This document shows, one piece after another, positions 35,401 through 49,500 of a stretch of 64,000 nucleotides of DNA. Location of the stretch: assembly GCA_040954595.2 (NCBI GenBank), contig CM082596.2, forward strand, positions 1,703,854 through 1,767,853, given 5' to 3'. Position numbers and translations under genes: made by a program. The notes below the pieces were generated by a model that was given only the letters and a program-made list of their open reading frames with translations, did no database searches and was not told the DNA's origin. This stretch comes from Balanoglossus misakiensis. Its lineage: Eukaryota; Animalia; Hemichordata. Each line of letters begins with the position of its first letter. Position 1 is the first letter of the stretch.

Positions 35401-38400
35401 AATGAAGACTGCTTGTTAGTGCTACATGCAAAACAACTTTATAAGACTATATTTGTGTAATCAGATTGCAGATTATTACATGCTCGAATAAATCGTTCAG
35501 CGGTATTTCTAAAAGAAGGAATGGAGCTATGAACTTTTTTGCTGGCAGTCAATTTGATTCAAAAATGTGAATTTATTGACTCATCCAACCAGAAATTTTG
35601 TGGAGTAATTCGTAAGTACAGGATATTGAAATCTAGCAGTAGAATTGCTGCCGGCAGTTTCTGATTTAAAATTCTGACTTGGGGACGCGGTGGTTTGTTG
35701 CACGAAAAATGTGAAAATCCTGCCTTCATTTATGGGTGCTGGTAATCTAAAACTGGAGTATATTGTTGTTTGCTGTGTGAAACTGAAATGGAGAAGTCAG
35801 TATTGTTCTTGTACTCATTGTCGTAAATCTTCACCCCACCTCAATTAACCTAACTCACCCCTATCCGTCTGGTGGATGAGTCCAGTAGGAAAACACAGTA
35901 AATGGACACCGAATTACACTGTAGGGATTCAACTAAAATGCGGAAATGTTTAAAATCACTGTCATCAAAGCCAAAATGACAACAGAATTTACAAAATAAA
36001 TTGCAAAAACGTATTTTCGGAGTGGAAATCTGTGCAGTCATTCGGCACATTTGTGGTTTTAGGCGGCAGGTTAAAAGGCACAAAAAGAAGCTTAGAGACG
36101 TGATATTGATATGAAGATTTATGTAATAGACAGGATTAGCGGTCCAAGAAAGACGTGTTTGGTAGCATTTCAGCATGGAAATCTCTTGGTCATGATTGTA
36201 ACTGGTGAAATTATCTGTGATGAAATTCAGCTCTGTGGTGTCACTGTATTTGTACTATCACATGTTCTGAATGTCGTGCTTCAGGACAAAACAGACATGT
36301 TGGCGTTGATGTGACAGCATTGGGATTTGTGTTGAAGTCCTCTGGTTTGCTTGTCCATCAAGTACAAGTCAGTGCCCGCGAGGAAACGATCCAGTGTCTC
36401 GTTTGCACCCACAAGAGCCAGATGTTTCTCTTTTCTCATCAAAAGGCCTGGAAATTTAGTCAAATGCTGTGATTTTCCATTGAATGTGTCAGACATTCAT
36501 CACTGCCCTTTCCTATTCTATGCTAGTCTGAGGCAAAGTTTGCAGCTATGCATGCATTTGAGCAATTCAAATAAACATGATTTGCTCGAATCTGGTGAGG
36601 CAAAAATGTAACACTGAAATGACAGGATATTGATTTGGACAAGCATGTTGATGGCTTGTCGGACAGGGTACTGTTTGCAAAACCTGCCAGTCACATGTGC
36701 TGTGTTAAGTATTGAGTCAGAACATATACATGACTTATTAAAGTACGCTTGTGTGTCTGTCCCGGGAGGGCGCTGTTGAAGAGCAGCATCAAATCCTGTG
36801 TCTTAAAGCATGGGCCATTTTCGACATAGATTTTGACGTCTTCAATGAGTAGTACGAATATCTACAGAAGCAACTATACAGGCATATTTTCATTCACATT
36901 CAACAATTTTTCGAAAAGATTGAAGTTATAGAAAAGCTGTTTCCATCTATCTATATGTGACTGTGGTCCATCTCAAGTATATGCAGGGACTGAGTTCATG
37001 AATACAACTGGAAGTAGCCCCTGTGTGAAGATAACTCAAGCAATGCCACTAAATTTACCAATAATTATCCAGAAATTTCTTCCCAGAGATGGAGCAGCTG
37101 CCACAACTGTCTCAAGAGATTCTATTAAGTGTGGCTGATACACACAAATAATTGCCTTGTCTCTGATTTAATATTTCCTTTGAATGAGAAAGTTAACCTT
37201 TGACCTTCCAGTTTCATTTCTTTGCTAACTACTTTACTGTCTGTAAGGATGAAGAAGGCGCCTAACTTGATCAGTGTAAAGATCGGGAAGATAGTAATTT
37301 CAAATGGAATATTCTGAATCTCAAATGTCTTAAATTGAATAGGCACAGTAAAACAAGACGAAATTATTAAGCCAATATATATTTTGTTAAGAATTATCAG
37401 ATAACACCAGGACTGACTGAATTTGTTTAAGGATTTTTGAAAGTTGTGAATTCCTTCTATATAGTATTTTTTGCAAATTAATTTGACTTGTTCTGGAAAG
37501 GTATCAGATGGTTATCAGCTCTTTGTACCAACAACCACGCAAGGTGTTGTCAACCAGCTCATGTCAATCAGCTGTGTAAGGTGTTGTTTCTTTCTCTCAG
37601 GAAACTTACACAGCTGTAGCGGAGACTCTGAAAATTAACAAGCAAAGGAAATAAACAAAACAAAACAGCATGGATGTGTTCCGCCGAAAATGAGATGAAT
37701 TGGCTTTGAGGCCACAAAGGGAGAACTGACACTCTTCTGTTGTATGTTCATAGTTTCTTTCTACGCTAGAATTCATAGCAACATCAGAAGTTTATACTTG
37801 CCAATTTCTTGATTTTATATACCGGTACAACTGTGTCTCGATCCCTAATTCAGAAAATGTGAATTTGATTACTATGATTGGCAATTTTCGAATCGTAGAA
37901 ATTATACCGAAATACTATCATCTGTAATTTTATGAAATCTGAAAGCATGACCCGAATAGGTTAACCTTCACGATGCAAACGATGTCCCTAATCAGCAGTT
38001 TATTGTCAGTTTCCAAATGGAGCAGTACAACTTCACAGGTTTTGCATGGGTAAGGAAGTGTTGCCAAGGGCAACCTAATACAACATGCCTTGATTCATCA
38101 GGAGAATTCTGAAGGTGATTAATCAGTCAGTGTACACCACAGCTTTTAATTTTAAAACCAATACATGCATGATACTCTGTATATTTCTATAACAGGTGTC
38201 ATCTTCAATAATCTCTTGATCTAAGAGTCTGAATGCACTCACATCGTGGGTTTGAAACAAATATACTAACACTGGTATATGTACATGCAGTCAAATTTCC
38301 CTTCGTGCCAACAGAAATCTAACATTATGTGAAACACAAACAAGCTTGTGATCCACATTTCCTGTTTTAGACAGGTGCACATTCATTCAATCAAATGTAA

Positions 38401-41400
38401 TTCATACAGAGTGATCCTATTATCCCTGTTTGAGAATGATATAAGCAGTTCATCACAAAAACTGTGACAAAATTTAATATTTTGATTTGGAAGCAATGAA
38501 TAGATGCACAGAATTGAGACAGACTAGCAGATGGTTTAATTAGTATACGAAAATAATAAAGTTCTATGCTGTATTAGAGTGCATTACTCTTTTTAGTTTG
38601 ACCTCGTATCTGCTGCAAATGTATTAAAATGTTGACCTCATTTTATGTGTGACCTTACTGAGTCCTCCATGCATGTTATGCATATTTTATTACGGACGTT
38701 CTTTAGAGGAAGTAATGGAACCTGAGGGTCTGAAAGGTTTTTGTGCGTATCATTTCTTTGATCTTTATAATCCTACATGAATGAATTGGAAATGTACACT
38801 GGCGTACAAACAAGTTCAGACATTCAGTAAATTCATCAAAATGCAAATTTATGTGAAACATTAATGTGAAACCAAATATGAGAAAATTCATTGCTCTCCT
38901 GAGTTTGGTCATCGTTGAGTTGATAGTTTTCCACGTATTTAAAAGAAATATTGACAAATAAAAATGGTAGAACATTTCAATTTGAGTCATTTGATGTTTC
39001 CAAGTTTCTCCTTTATATTTATACCTCAAGTAGACAGTTATATCAACCTGGTTTTCTGCCTGCAGATGTAGTTTATTTAGGTAAGCACTTGATGTATATA
39101 TCACACACTGCAGACCATGTGGAACTGCTTGAAGATATGCAAATAAGCACCCTTGACAACTGTAACATGGATCACGCCACCCGTTCGATGGATTTGATGA
39201 ATGGTTTTACGTCATAAGGTTTGCTTGTAGACAGGAAGTCCACACTGATCTCTGCCTCCAAGAGACCCATATCGTCACACTATAAAAAGAGCAAGTAATT
39301 TACAGCCAGGTTGATAAATAAGTAATTGACGTGATTCAACTTTTTCTAAATGTTGATTCTACGTCATTGAGGTTATTCAAATGAGCACAGACCAACAAAT
39401 GTATGTAGTTTGCGCACCTGCATTGCTGAGACGTTTTCTCCAAAATGGCTGAATGACACTTGATTTTATCTTGTAAGATTTTCACTTGCAACAATTTTTG
39501 ACAGGAAATTGCTTCGTACTAAAGTGTTCTAGTATCATGTTGATATTCGATATTAAATATGGTGGCCTGACAGTGGGACATTGTCCCTGACAGCCTGCAT
39601 GATACTTGAACTTTAGAGATGCTAGAACGCAGTGACATATTTTTCATCAGTGATGATTAATGTTGGTAATATTTAGCTTGTCAGTGTACAAGTGTACTCT
39701 GCATGTGTAGAGCCAGAACAATTACTGATTAAGCTATGCATCATATTTGCCGAGAGACAAACTTTAGGAAACACAGTTTTACAATACTGCAATTGATCAA
39801 GATGGAAGTTTAATGTGAAATCAGCAAAAATGGACAGAAAAGGTTGACTCTGCACAACAGAGAAAAGCACATTGCCAACTCCTTACAGAACATATGTGGC
39901 ACTGAATGAAAAACCAATTAAAAATATGAATAGGGACTGTTTTATTTACCAGTCCATACTGACAGGTTTGACAATCAATTAAGAAGAAATATATTAATTT
40001 TCCTGCTGTGCAAAGCTTGATAAATAGTCATACGGAATCTTTAAGCTGTTACACAAATATAATATAGTAACAGTGCCTAATGATATACAGTACATTTGGT
40101 ATGTAACTATAGCCGCTGAATCCACCCATTGATAAGACCTACAATATAGCATCAGATAGCAAATTAAAGATGAAATTGTTAGGTTTCATTCAGGAAGTTA
40201 CAGATTATTTTTATCGTGATGTTCATATTACTGTGATAGAATAAATCCCTTCCGACGCCGTCATCAAATATTCATTCTTTGGTGTACTATTTCTGATTTT
40301 GCGGCTCTTGTCACGATGTGTTAGGTACATGTGGATTCAGAGGGAAAGGTGAATGAGAGGCCATCGATATGAGCGTAAATATCACTCTGACAGGTGGTGG
40401 CAAGTTTTGAAAAGTGAACTTGTGAATTTAAAATAAAGTGAATAGACTTATGGATCCTGAATTTATGGAATTTATAATGAAGCTTCGAAAGGCATACATG
40501 TATAATGTCTTACTCACATTTAGAGAAGTGGGTTGCGTGGGCTAGGATATCATTTTAAAGGCACAGTTGTCTCGAAATATGAAATGACAGGCTTGTACAA
40601 AATTCTGGCAGTGCCATGGTTATTAAGACATAATTTCTGATTTGATTTTGATTGGATTAGCAGTGCAGTCTTTGATAACTGGCACATGATTGTAATATCC
40701 GTTTAGAAATGGCATATTACTGTCCTTCATTTCATGCATTAAAGCACACAATTGTAGCTTATTGGGCTAATGGTTGTCACTGACCCTGTGACCTTTAGCA
40801 TATTGATTTTGATGTCATCAAAGTCTTGATATAAGTGGGCAGGTTCTACCAAGTCTGTCTTTCATCAGTCTTCTTGATGCTGTGAATGAGGAAATTATGG
40901 TTTCCTGGACAAGAAATCTGTTTTCTTTCTCACGACACAAAAAGCAGATCAGATATCATAATCTTTGTTGCCATAGCAATATACTCTGTAGATTAGATGT
41001 GATGATAATCAGCATGTATGTAACTAATGAATCATAGGGATTTGTTGTAGGAGTGCCTGCAATTTTCAAGAACATACCTCTTTTTTTCACTACGGTATGC
41101 TCCAATTAAACCCAGTGTCTCAAAAAGAAAATGGGCTTACATACAAGCACCAAGTCACTAACAGAAATTGAAGCACTGTAAATGACTTGCTTTTCATCAA
41201 ACACAGATTGTATCGGGCGAAATACTTGAGATTCGATTGGTCATGCAGGCACTATGTCACAAGATGTGTTACGTGCAGATTTTGGCGTCTGTGTCCATTT
41301 CGAGTTTCTTTTTTTGGATTACCCTGTTGACCATCTTTCATGATCAACGGCAGATAATGAGACACCCTTTTAACAGTTCTTGGAGCGTAACAATACAGCT

Positions 41401-43530
41401 GTACATCTCTAGTCTGTACTTTGATGAGGCAGAAGGACTATGCAACTGATAATTCTAATAGCTCTCACTTAAACAACTAGGATAAGACTGTCAAGGCTGT
41501 AGATGTCTCGAAGATAATATGGGACCTTCAGCACTGAATTTCATGAGACACATGCTAGCAGTGCATCATACAATATCCATCCTCTGACAATCTTATGAGC
41601 AAAACAAATAAAAAGATAAATCATTGTCTTGTAACAATGAAGATTTTATTTATTAATATTCACATCTAACTGTGATATGCATTGTTGTTATATAATCTAC
41701 GTCAAATGAATACATAACTCTTAAAAGCAGAAAAAAAATTATTGATAATCTTTAATGATATTCATGATTACCTCATAGGTAGCATTCATTGATGTGAGGA
41801 AACATGTATGGGCATAGATGATAGGTATTATAAACACAAAAGAATTCCCCAAATATTATGTTTCAATCAAAATTTTCTATCTGCATTTGAATAAATGTGA
41901 ACATCAGGATGCAAACTAGATGCATTTTCATGACACCACCTTGATAGAAGTACACTGCATCACCATGCTGCGAGTTGTTTCAATGAGGTAAATAGTTGTT
42001 GTCAAAAATAGACCCTTAGCAACATATATGTAACTAAAAATTTAATGCCGTTTTACGGTCTTTCATGTTGTTTGGAAATGTCATGTTTGTTCGTAAATCG
42101 AATATTACAGCTGGAGTTCTTGATGCATCATACTTGCGTTCTTGTTACTTCGAAACAGATTAGCACTAATTGTGACAGCAGAGATTTGTTTCTTTCGTTG
42201 GCAGAGAGAACCATGATTGAGAAAGGTAGCTGATGTAGAATGGCAAAATATATAGCTCCTAGTAAGCATTGGTCTGTCGTGAAAATTCCAGAAATAATGT
42301 AAAATGACCTGTGGGGGTGGGTACTAGACATTTCATAACTTCCAAAGTGTCGACAAAAAGAGTAATGAAAAACACCAAAATTCAGAAAGACAGCTAGTTT
42401 CCATGGAAAACGAGATTGCAAGTCCCCCTCTCCTTGATAGCTTTCTGCTGTTAGCAGCTATTTCGAACAGAAGTTTGATTGTACCAGAGGTATCTTCACT
42501 GTTTGGTTAAAAATATAGCCTTAGGTTTTTTTAGCTGCTGAATGCAAAATTTCAGGGTTTCAGCTAGTTTGCATATACTTGCTTCCTGTTCCATCTCTCT
42601 TCTGAAGACTTTATCATTAGAGTTTTAAAGGTCAATGCTTTCAGGAACTATATTTCTTACGGAAAGCAATATTTCAGTAGATATGAAATGTGTCTTTTAA
42701 TATTAATCACCAGCATGGTGTAAGATGTAATGTCAGTTTATTGAATGGTTTTGGAAAATGCCATCATGGAATTCAGCGCAAAGCGTAACACTTTATGAAC
42801 TGGGATGTTGGAGAAATAATTGGATAAGCTAAGAAAATTGATCCAATTAAGCAAATGGAGAGTGAAAAATCTCAGCTGTAGAGTCGGCACAGCCACTTTT
42901 GTAAAATCAGAATGGTCTTGCTGAGATAAAAATGTGTTTGTGGATGATATCTTAAGGTGTCAGCTGATTTGGACAAATGTTAGCGCGATCCTGTTCTCTG
43001 AGTGTGAAATGACAGTCTGTCTGAACAGAAGTCGGGAAATAGTATTATCTTGTAAAAGTGAAAATCTATGCATGTATTTGCCTCAGGATATTTTGCGAAG
43101 TAGTGGAAAGAAAGGTGATTTGGAATGACAGTGATATAGAGTGATGTATCGGAGAAATTCAATTTAATTGTGTATTCACCCCCAAATAGTGGGTTTATTA
43201 CGCAAACTCAGGAGAAGCCCTCATTGAGAGTCGGCAACATGCTCCATCCGCATCCCTATTTTACATCTTAATTCTGCGTGGAGCTCTTATTAGCCTATTC
43301 ATAAGCCGGATCGAATGAAACACTTGCTCGTCACTGCTGACTCATCCAGACCTTTTAGTCACGGCTGCTTCAGTGACAATTTCACAGAATTCAGCCTATC
43401 TCTCTGTCTGTCAGTCTCTAAGCGAGGACACACTTGTATCATCCAATCCGTCCATCTTGACAGACTCTGAACTCACCTCAGATACCTCATAACAGCTTTC
43501 AGTGCAGGTGGCGGCTAAAATTTCACCTAA

Positions 43531-46500
43531 ATGGTCTACGACAGCGAGGATTTACCCATGGCTTTTTTCGGTCTCACCAGATTCGTGGAGCAGGAGTCTG
43601 AACGGGATCTTGAAATTGAGCTCGGGATCGAAGAAATGGGGCGCAAATTGAATCTGAGCCACCTTAACGAGGATGAGTGCAAGCACATTCTTGAAGTGAT
43701 CCAACGAGACTTCAAGCTACGGCAGAATGAAGCTCAAAGGGTTGGGTAAGTTAAATCGCAATCTTTCCAATGTTGTTTAATTGATTACAATTTCTTTTAT
43801 TCCCCCTGCAGTGTCTCCAAAGGAATACTTAGTGCGGATTTGTGCCGGCCTCACATGGTGTACAATCTTTACACTGTCTTATAACAGTTGTCACGAATTT
43901 TCGGCTTGATAAAATGAATGTTTTCAAGATTCTTGCGATCAAGTTTGATTGCAAATTATAATCTCTTATTGAACAGCAATCATGGAAAGAAACTGTCAAC
44001 TGTCTTACAGATATAATTACTGTAAATAAAATACACGATGATGAAGGTAAGGTGTGTATATTGTTGCGTGATCATATTGTTTCTGTCCTTGTCAAGTCGT
44101 GCTACCACTTCATTGCAACTCGAGAGTTAAATCTTCTCTGTTTTGCCAGCTCAGTGAATGTCTTGTGTTAACATTTTGCTTGAGACCTGTAGTCAGAATG
44201 TTCTTTTGAGTTGTGTCATAATCTTTTCTATGTTCATGTTCATATGTTTGTTGCCAGTTTTTTCGTTTATACCTGCACTTGGTCAGGAGTGAAGAAATTG
44301 TTTCTTCGTTCCTTTCAACATATTCTCATCATGGACCAACTAAAAGCACTGCTGAATTTACGTTTAATGTTGGCCATAAACTAGAATGCCTTGGCAGTAA
44401 GGACGTTGGCCGCAAAGTAGAAACCAGCGGTGTTTTAATTCTATTAACATCAAATACATAAAATGCACACATCAGGTTTTATTGCTGTGATTTAGTCACT
44501 GAAGGCGTTAGCCATATTTGATCGACATCAGATGTGAGCGATTTGTGAAGAACCCAAGGTTACACAACATGTAACTCATTTTTAATTGGCTGAGTGCTCA
44601 CCTGTCATCAAAACAGTGGCTTGCTACATTATATGATTGACTTATTAGTTTTCAGAAGTTGGATAATCCACAAACATGTTTTGAAATGTACATTCACTTG
44701 TATGAAACAATAACAACAAGATGTGTAAGTGTTTTTCCTTGTAAAACTCTTGCCAGGTGATTTTGTATGTACACCTCAACGTCTGACAGGTTTCCGGTGT
44801 CAGTTTTGTTCGTGCCAAAACATGTCTTGGGTCTCTATATGCATAATTCATAAAGTTGAAAATCCTGACTCAGTTCAAATGAATACTTCTTTTCCACATG
44901 ATGCTGACTCATCTAACTTGAGAGAAGAACGAAGTCAACAACTGGCCTTTTACATAATCAAGTTATGGATATACATGTATCTAATAAGTTTCTTCACATT
45001 TGACATTCTAGATATAATGTTTTAATTATCCAGCATTTGATTTCCTTGTGGAATTATTTTTGCTTAACTTTGGCAATCCAGGATTATTTGTTTAATATTT
45101 TCAGTGTCTTGTGGTGCAGTGTTTGAGTCAATCAGTCTCCCTCCTGTTTGTGCAGAGTAACTACACAAAGTGCCAACAGACAAATTGTCAGTCGGTAGAT
45201 TGAAACAGGACAATCTCAAACCTCACATCTGCATCAGAAAGTCACGTCTGCACTGTAAAATTTTTACTGCCAAACAAAAACAGATCTAGCAGTGATTTAT
45301 TAGGAAAGGGAAACTTTGCCGTAGGGTGCACTAAGTCTGATGTGTATATCGATAACAACAACAAATTTTCAGAGAAATCAGACATAAATGTTCACCGTGA
45401 TTTATCACACATACCAGTATGTATTGACAGTGAAGAATTATTTATAAAACATGCCGTGTCATCTTATTCCGTGTTTCTGTATGAAAGATGTATGATATAT
45501 TACCACCATTACCAGAAATAGCTCAGCTACACTTGTGCATTGACAGTATGTCAAACCAAGCAATTCATATAATGGATCAATGGTGTTGGCTGAGGACAAG
45601 ATTTCTAAGAGAATTTTGTAGAAAATTACATGCTTGCTAATGCGACCTAAGTGTGTTGGGAGTTTGAAGACATGCCTAACATAGTTATTGTGCTGTCAAT
45701 CTTCGTGTGCTGTTAATGTCGGGGGCAAAGTGCCCCATGTAATCACATGCTTGCTGACATAGACTATTGCCTGCTAGTCTATTATAGCATTTTGAACCAT
45801 TTCGCAGCCTCTTGCTATCATATCTAGATCAGGCTAGTCTTTGGTCGTGACTTGGTGAGGTCACTGAGGTTGATGGATCTGCATTTTGTGCAATGCATAT
45901 TCCTCAATTCTGTGACAGCCTTCGTACAACCTTTTCACCTCTCTGCCATGGTGTAATCCAATTGTTTTCTGTGGTGATTAAGTTGTCCATATGCTACTTC
46001 TTTTCTGGGTGGATATACAAATCGTTATTTACTTTTAGTCCACCCTTGCTTCAGTGAAATTTCCATTGATCTGTAACTTAATGCTAAAATTAAGAGCCTA
46101 CAACAGCTGATGAAATTGACAAGGTTATTCGTGCATCGCCTTCATCTACTTGTCGCCTTGATCCGATTCCTACCAAGATCTTCAAACATTCTGACATTTT
46201 ACAAGTTTTGTTACCACATATCACAGAAATCTTCAATAACTCTCTGCAGTATGGTGCTGTACCTCCTCATTTCAAGGAAGCCATCGTTAAACCTCTACTT
46301 AAAAAGCCATCTCTTGATCATGAAGTTCTCAAAAATTTCCGTCCTGTATCCAACCTGCCGTTTTTGTCGAAGATCCTGGAACGTATTGTTGCCAAGAGAC
46401 TGACTTCTCACATTGTCAACCATTCATTGGACGAGCCTTTGCAATCTGCTTACAAGCCAGGACACAGTACTGAGACTGCTCTCCTCAAAGTAACAAATGA

Positions 46501-49500
46501 CATTTTGCTTGCTCTTGATGAAAAAAGAGATGTTTTCTTGGTATTACTCGATCTTTCCGCAGCATTTGACACTGTGAACCATACCATTTTACTCAATCGC
46601 TTAAGAGACCGCTTCGGTCTCTCAGATACTGTTCTCATGTGGTTTAAGTCATACCTTTCCAATCGTAGTCAGTGTGTACTTGTAAATTCCACCCAATCAC
46701 CTTTTTATCCGCTCGACACTGGGGTACCACAGGGATCAGTTCTTGGTCCCATACTTTTCAATATGTACACGTCTCCATTAGGTGAATTAGTTCAAAGTCA
46801 TGGTTGTCTTTATAGTTTTTATGCAGATGACTCTTCACTTTATATGTCTTTTAGTAAAGACAACGCAGCAAGAACTGTTTCAAATCTTGAACTTTGTATT
46901 TCTGATGTTAGGTTTTGGATGTCTGAAAACTTCTTGTGCTTAAACGATGATAAGACTGAATTTGTTATTTTCTCTGGTATTTTGGGTGATCTGTCTGCTA
47001 GAGGGATTTCAGAAATTCGTGTTGGCGATTCTCTGATTCCCGTCCATTGTCAGGCTAAGAGCCTTGGAGTGATCCTTGACTCTTGTCTGACAATGAAGCC
47101 ACATATTGGACAGATCTGCCGCTCTGCCACTTTTCATTTACGTCGCATTGCGCTTATCCGCAAATATTTATCTCATTCAGCTACAGAGCAATTAGTTCAT
47201 GCATTCATTACGTCTCGAATTGATTCATGTAATTCACTTTTATTTGGGCTCCCGAAGTATTCAATCAACCGTATCCAACGCGTTCAGAATATTGCTGCTA
47301 GAGTTGTAACTCGTTCTAAAATCACCTGTCACATCACTCCAATTTTGTATCAGTTGCACTGGCTACCTGTTACAGAGCGTATTGTTTTTAAGATGTTAGT
47401 TCTCATTTTTAAATCCATTCATAAACTTGGTCCAATCTATCTTTCTAGCATGACTAATCTATATGTTCCATGTCGCAATTTAAGGTCAGCTGATCAGTTC
47501 AAACTCTGCCCTGTTCGATCACGCACCAAGAGTTATGGTGATCGCGCTTTTACTGTTGCTGCTCCAATTCTTTGGAATAATCTTCCACTCACCATTCGCC
47601 AGGCACCAGACTTATCTGTTTTTAAATCAAATGTTAAAACTTTACTTTTTAAATCTGTTTTTTAGCCATTTGTTGTATTGTACTTTTGCTTTAAGCGTCA
47701 TTGATCACATTTTTTTGTGGATACTGACGCTATACAAATAAATTATTATTATTATTATTTATATATATTATTATTTATTATATTATTTATAAAAAGATTG
47801 TTGCTTTCTTTAAGACAAACAGGAAATATGTAATATCGCATTTCGACAAAATTATATAGATCTTGTTTGGACACATACATATGTGACGTTGTTGGCTATA
47901 CCAATATATTATCCAAGTCCTTGTGTGCCAAGATGTATATTGTGGTTTCATGGGGGATATACATGTATCCGGGGTATTTTACAAGAGCACTTCTGAGAAA
48001 ATGAAGAAATTAGCAAAATGGGTCTGAAAAAGCACAGGAGGCAGCTCAAGGTAATCCCTGTGTCTGTGTTAATAACACTGATTACTATCGAGGACCCTTG
48101 TGGTTTCACCGAACAAGATGAAGGAGAAATGATCATCGCCATAGAGATCAGAGTGAAATGGTTCAATTAGGAACACTGTATTGATCCAGCCGGTTGAATG
48201 TTCATGTTGTGAATTCAAAACAATTTTCTTTTCCAAGGTTGAGGACGTTTTGCAGTCTGAAAACATTGATCTCTGATAAAATGTCTACCATCATAAAGTC
48301 TAATTTATGAACATGTGGAACAAACGTATCGTATAGATAGTCAACATCGAAAATGTGAATTTGAATGGACTTCCATGAATTTCATGATGCCGGGTTTTGT
48401 ATTGCGACCTGAATGAATTTGAATGAAGTTTACCCTCCACAGCAGATTCTATGTCTGTGGCATTTTGCAGCTCCTACTTAATATGCTGCTGGTGTCAAAA
48501 GTAAAACCGGCTTGGACATGTTGTAGGAGAAGATAATGAGACATAAGGGATTGCTTTAATGGGTTGTCTTAATGTACATGATGAGCTTGGAAGCATCAAG
48601 TAATTATGCATTATAAATTATACACTGTCAGAGTCGAATCACTTTTTCCAAACCATTTATTATATTAGAATATTGACACTTATTGTACGGACAACAGCCT
48701 CTGTGTATTAAAATCACTTCATCTGAATCATCGGTTATGTTAGACTTTTGACATTTTACTGCATAGAAATCATCTTTTGTATAATAACTGTTCATGCTTC
48801 AGCTCAGCCTTCAGTAGGATTTATTTTGCAGGAAAGGAAATAGTTGTTAGTTGATTATTTGCTGATGGTCACCTGAGGTTGATAATTCTGGTGTTTGTCT
48901 TTGTGTGCGTCTGTTTGTGTGCGTGTGTGTGTTGGTAGGGTTGACTGGATGTTTAAATTCAGCTGGCAGGTGACATCTGTCAAGTAGAGTGGTAAATCGA
49001 AATGATTTAACCACAGACAGTCAATCCTTGTTTTCCAATTGCAGATGAAACAACCAAGAGTCTGAATAACAGTCACCTCCCTCAAGATTAATTACTGCCA
49101 CAGCTAGTCATGTGTGAATTTAATACTGAGTGCTTCTAGCATATTGTAATCCCTTTGCTTAATTTGTTTTTGCCATTTTAATCATGCCTTTCAAAAAAGA
49201 CAGGATTAATATTATTGTTGGTGTCAACTGTCTGCAGGGAAATTGGACCAAATTTCATCTCCAATTTGACGAAGAGATACATAAGTACATGTACCTGATG
49301 TAATCACTAATGCAGCGCGATGTTCAGAAGTTGCTTCAAATGTTGTGTGCCAGCCAGTACCAAAGTTTTTGCATAATTGTGATGTATTCTTTTCGTTTGT
49401 GTTTAAAGAATGAACTGATTGACTCATCCCAGAAAATGTTATTCCCTTTTCCCTGCAAAACAGGAAGTACAGTGTTATCGCAATAGTCTCTAAGGTGTTA

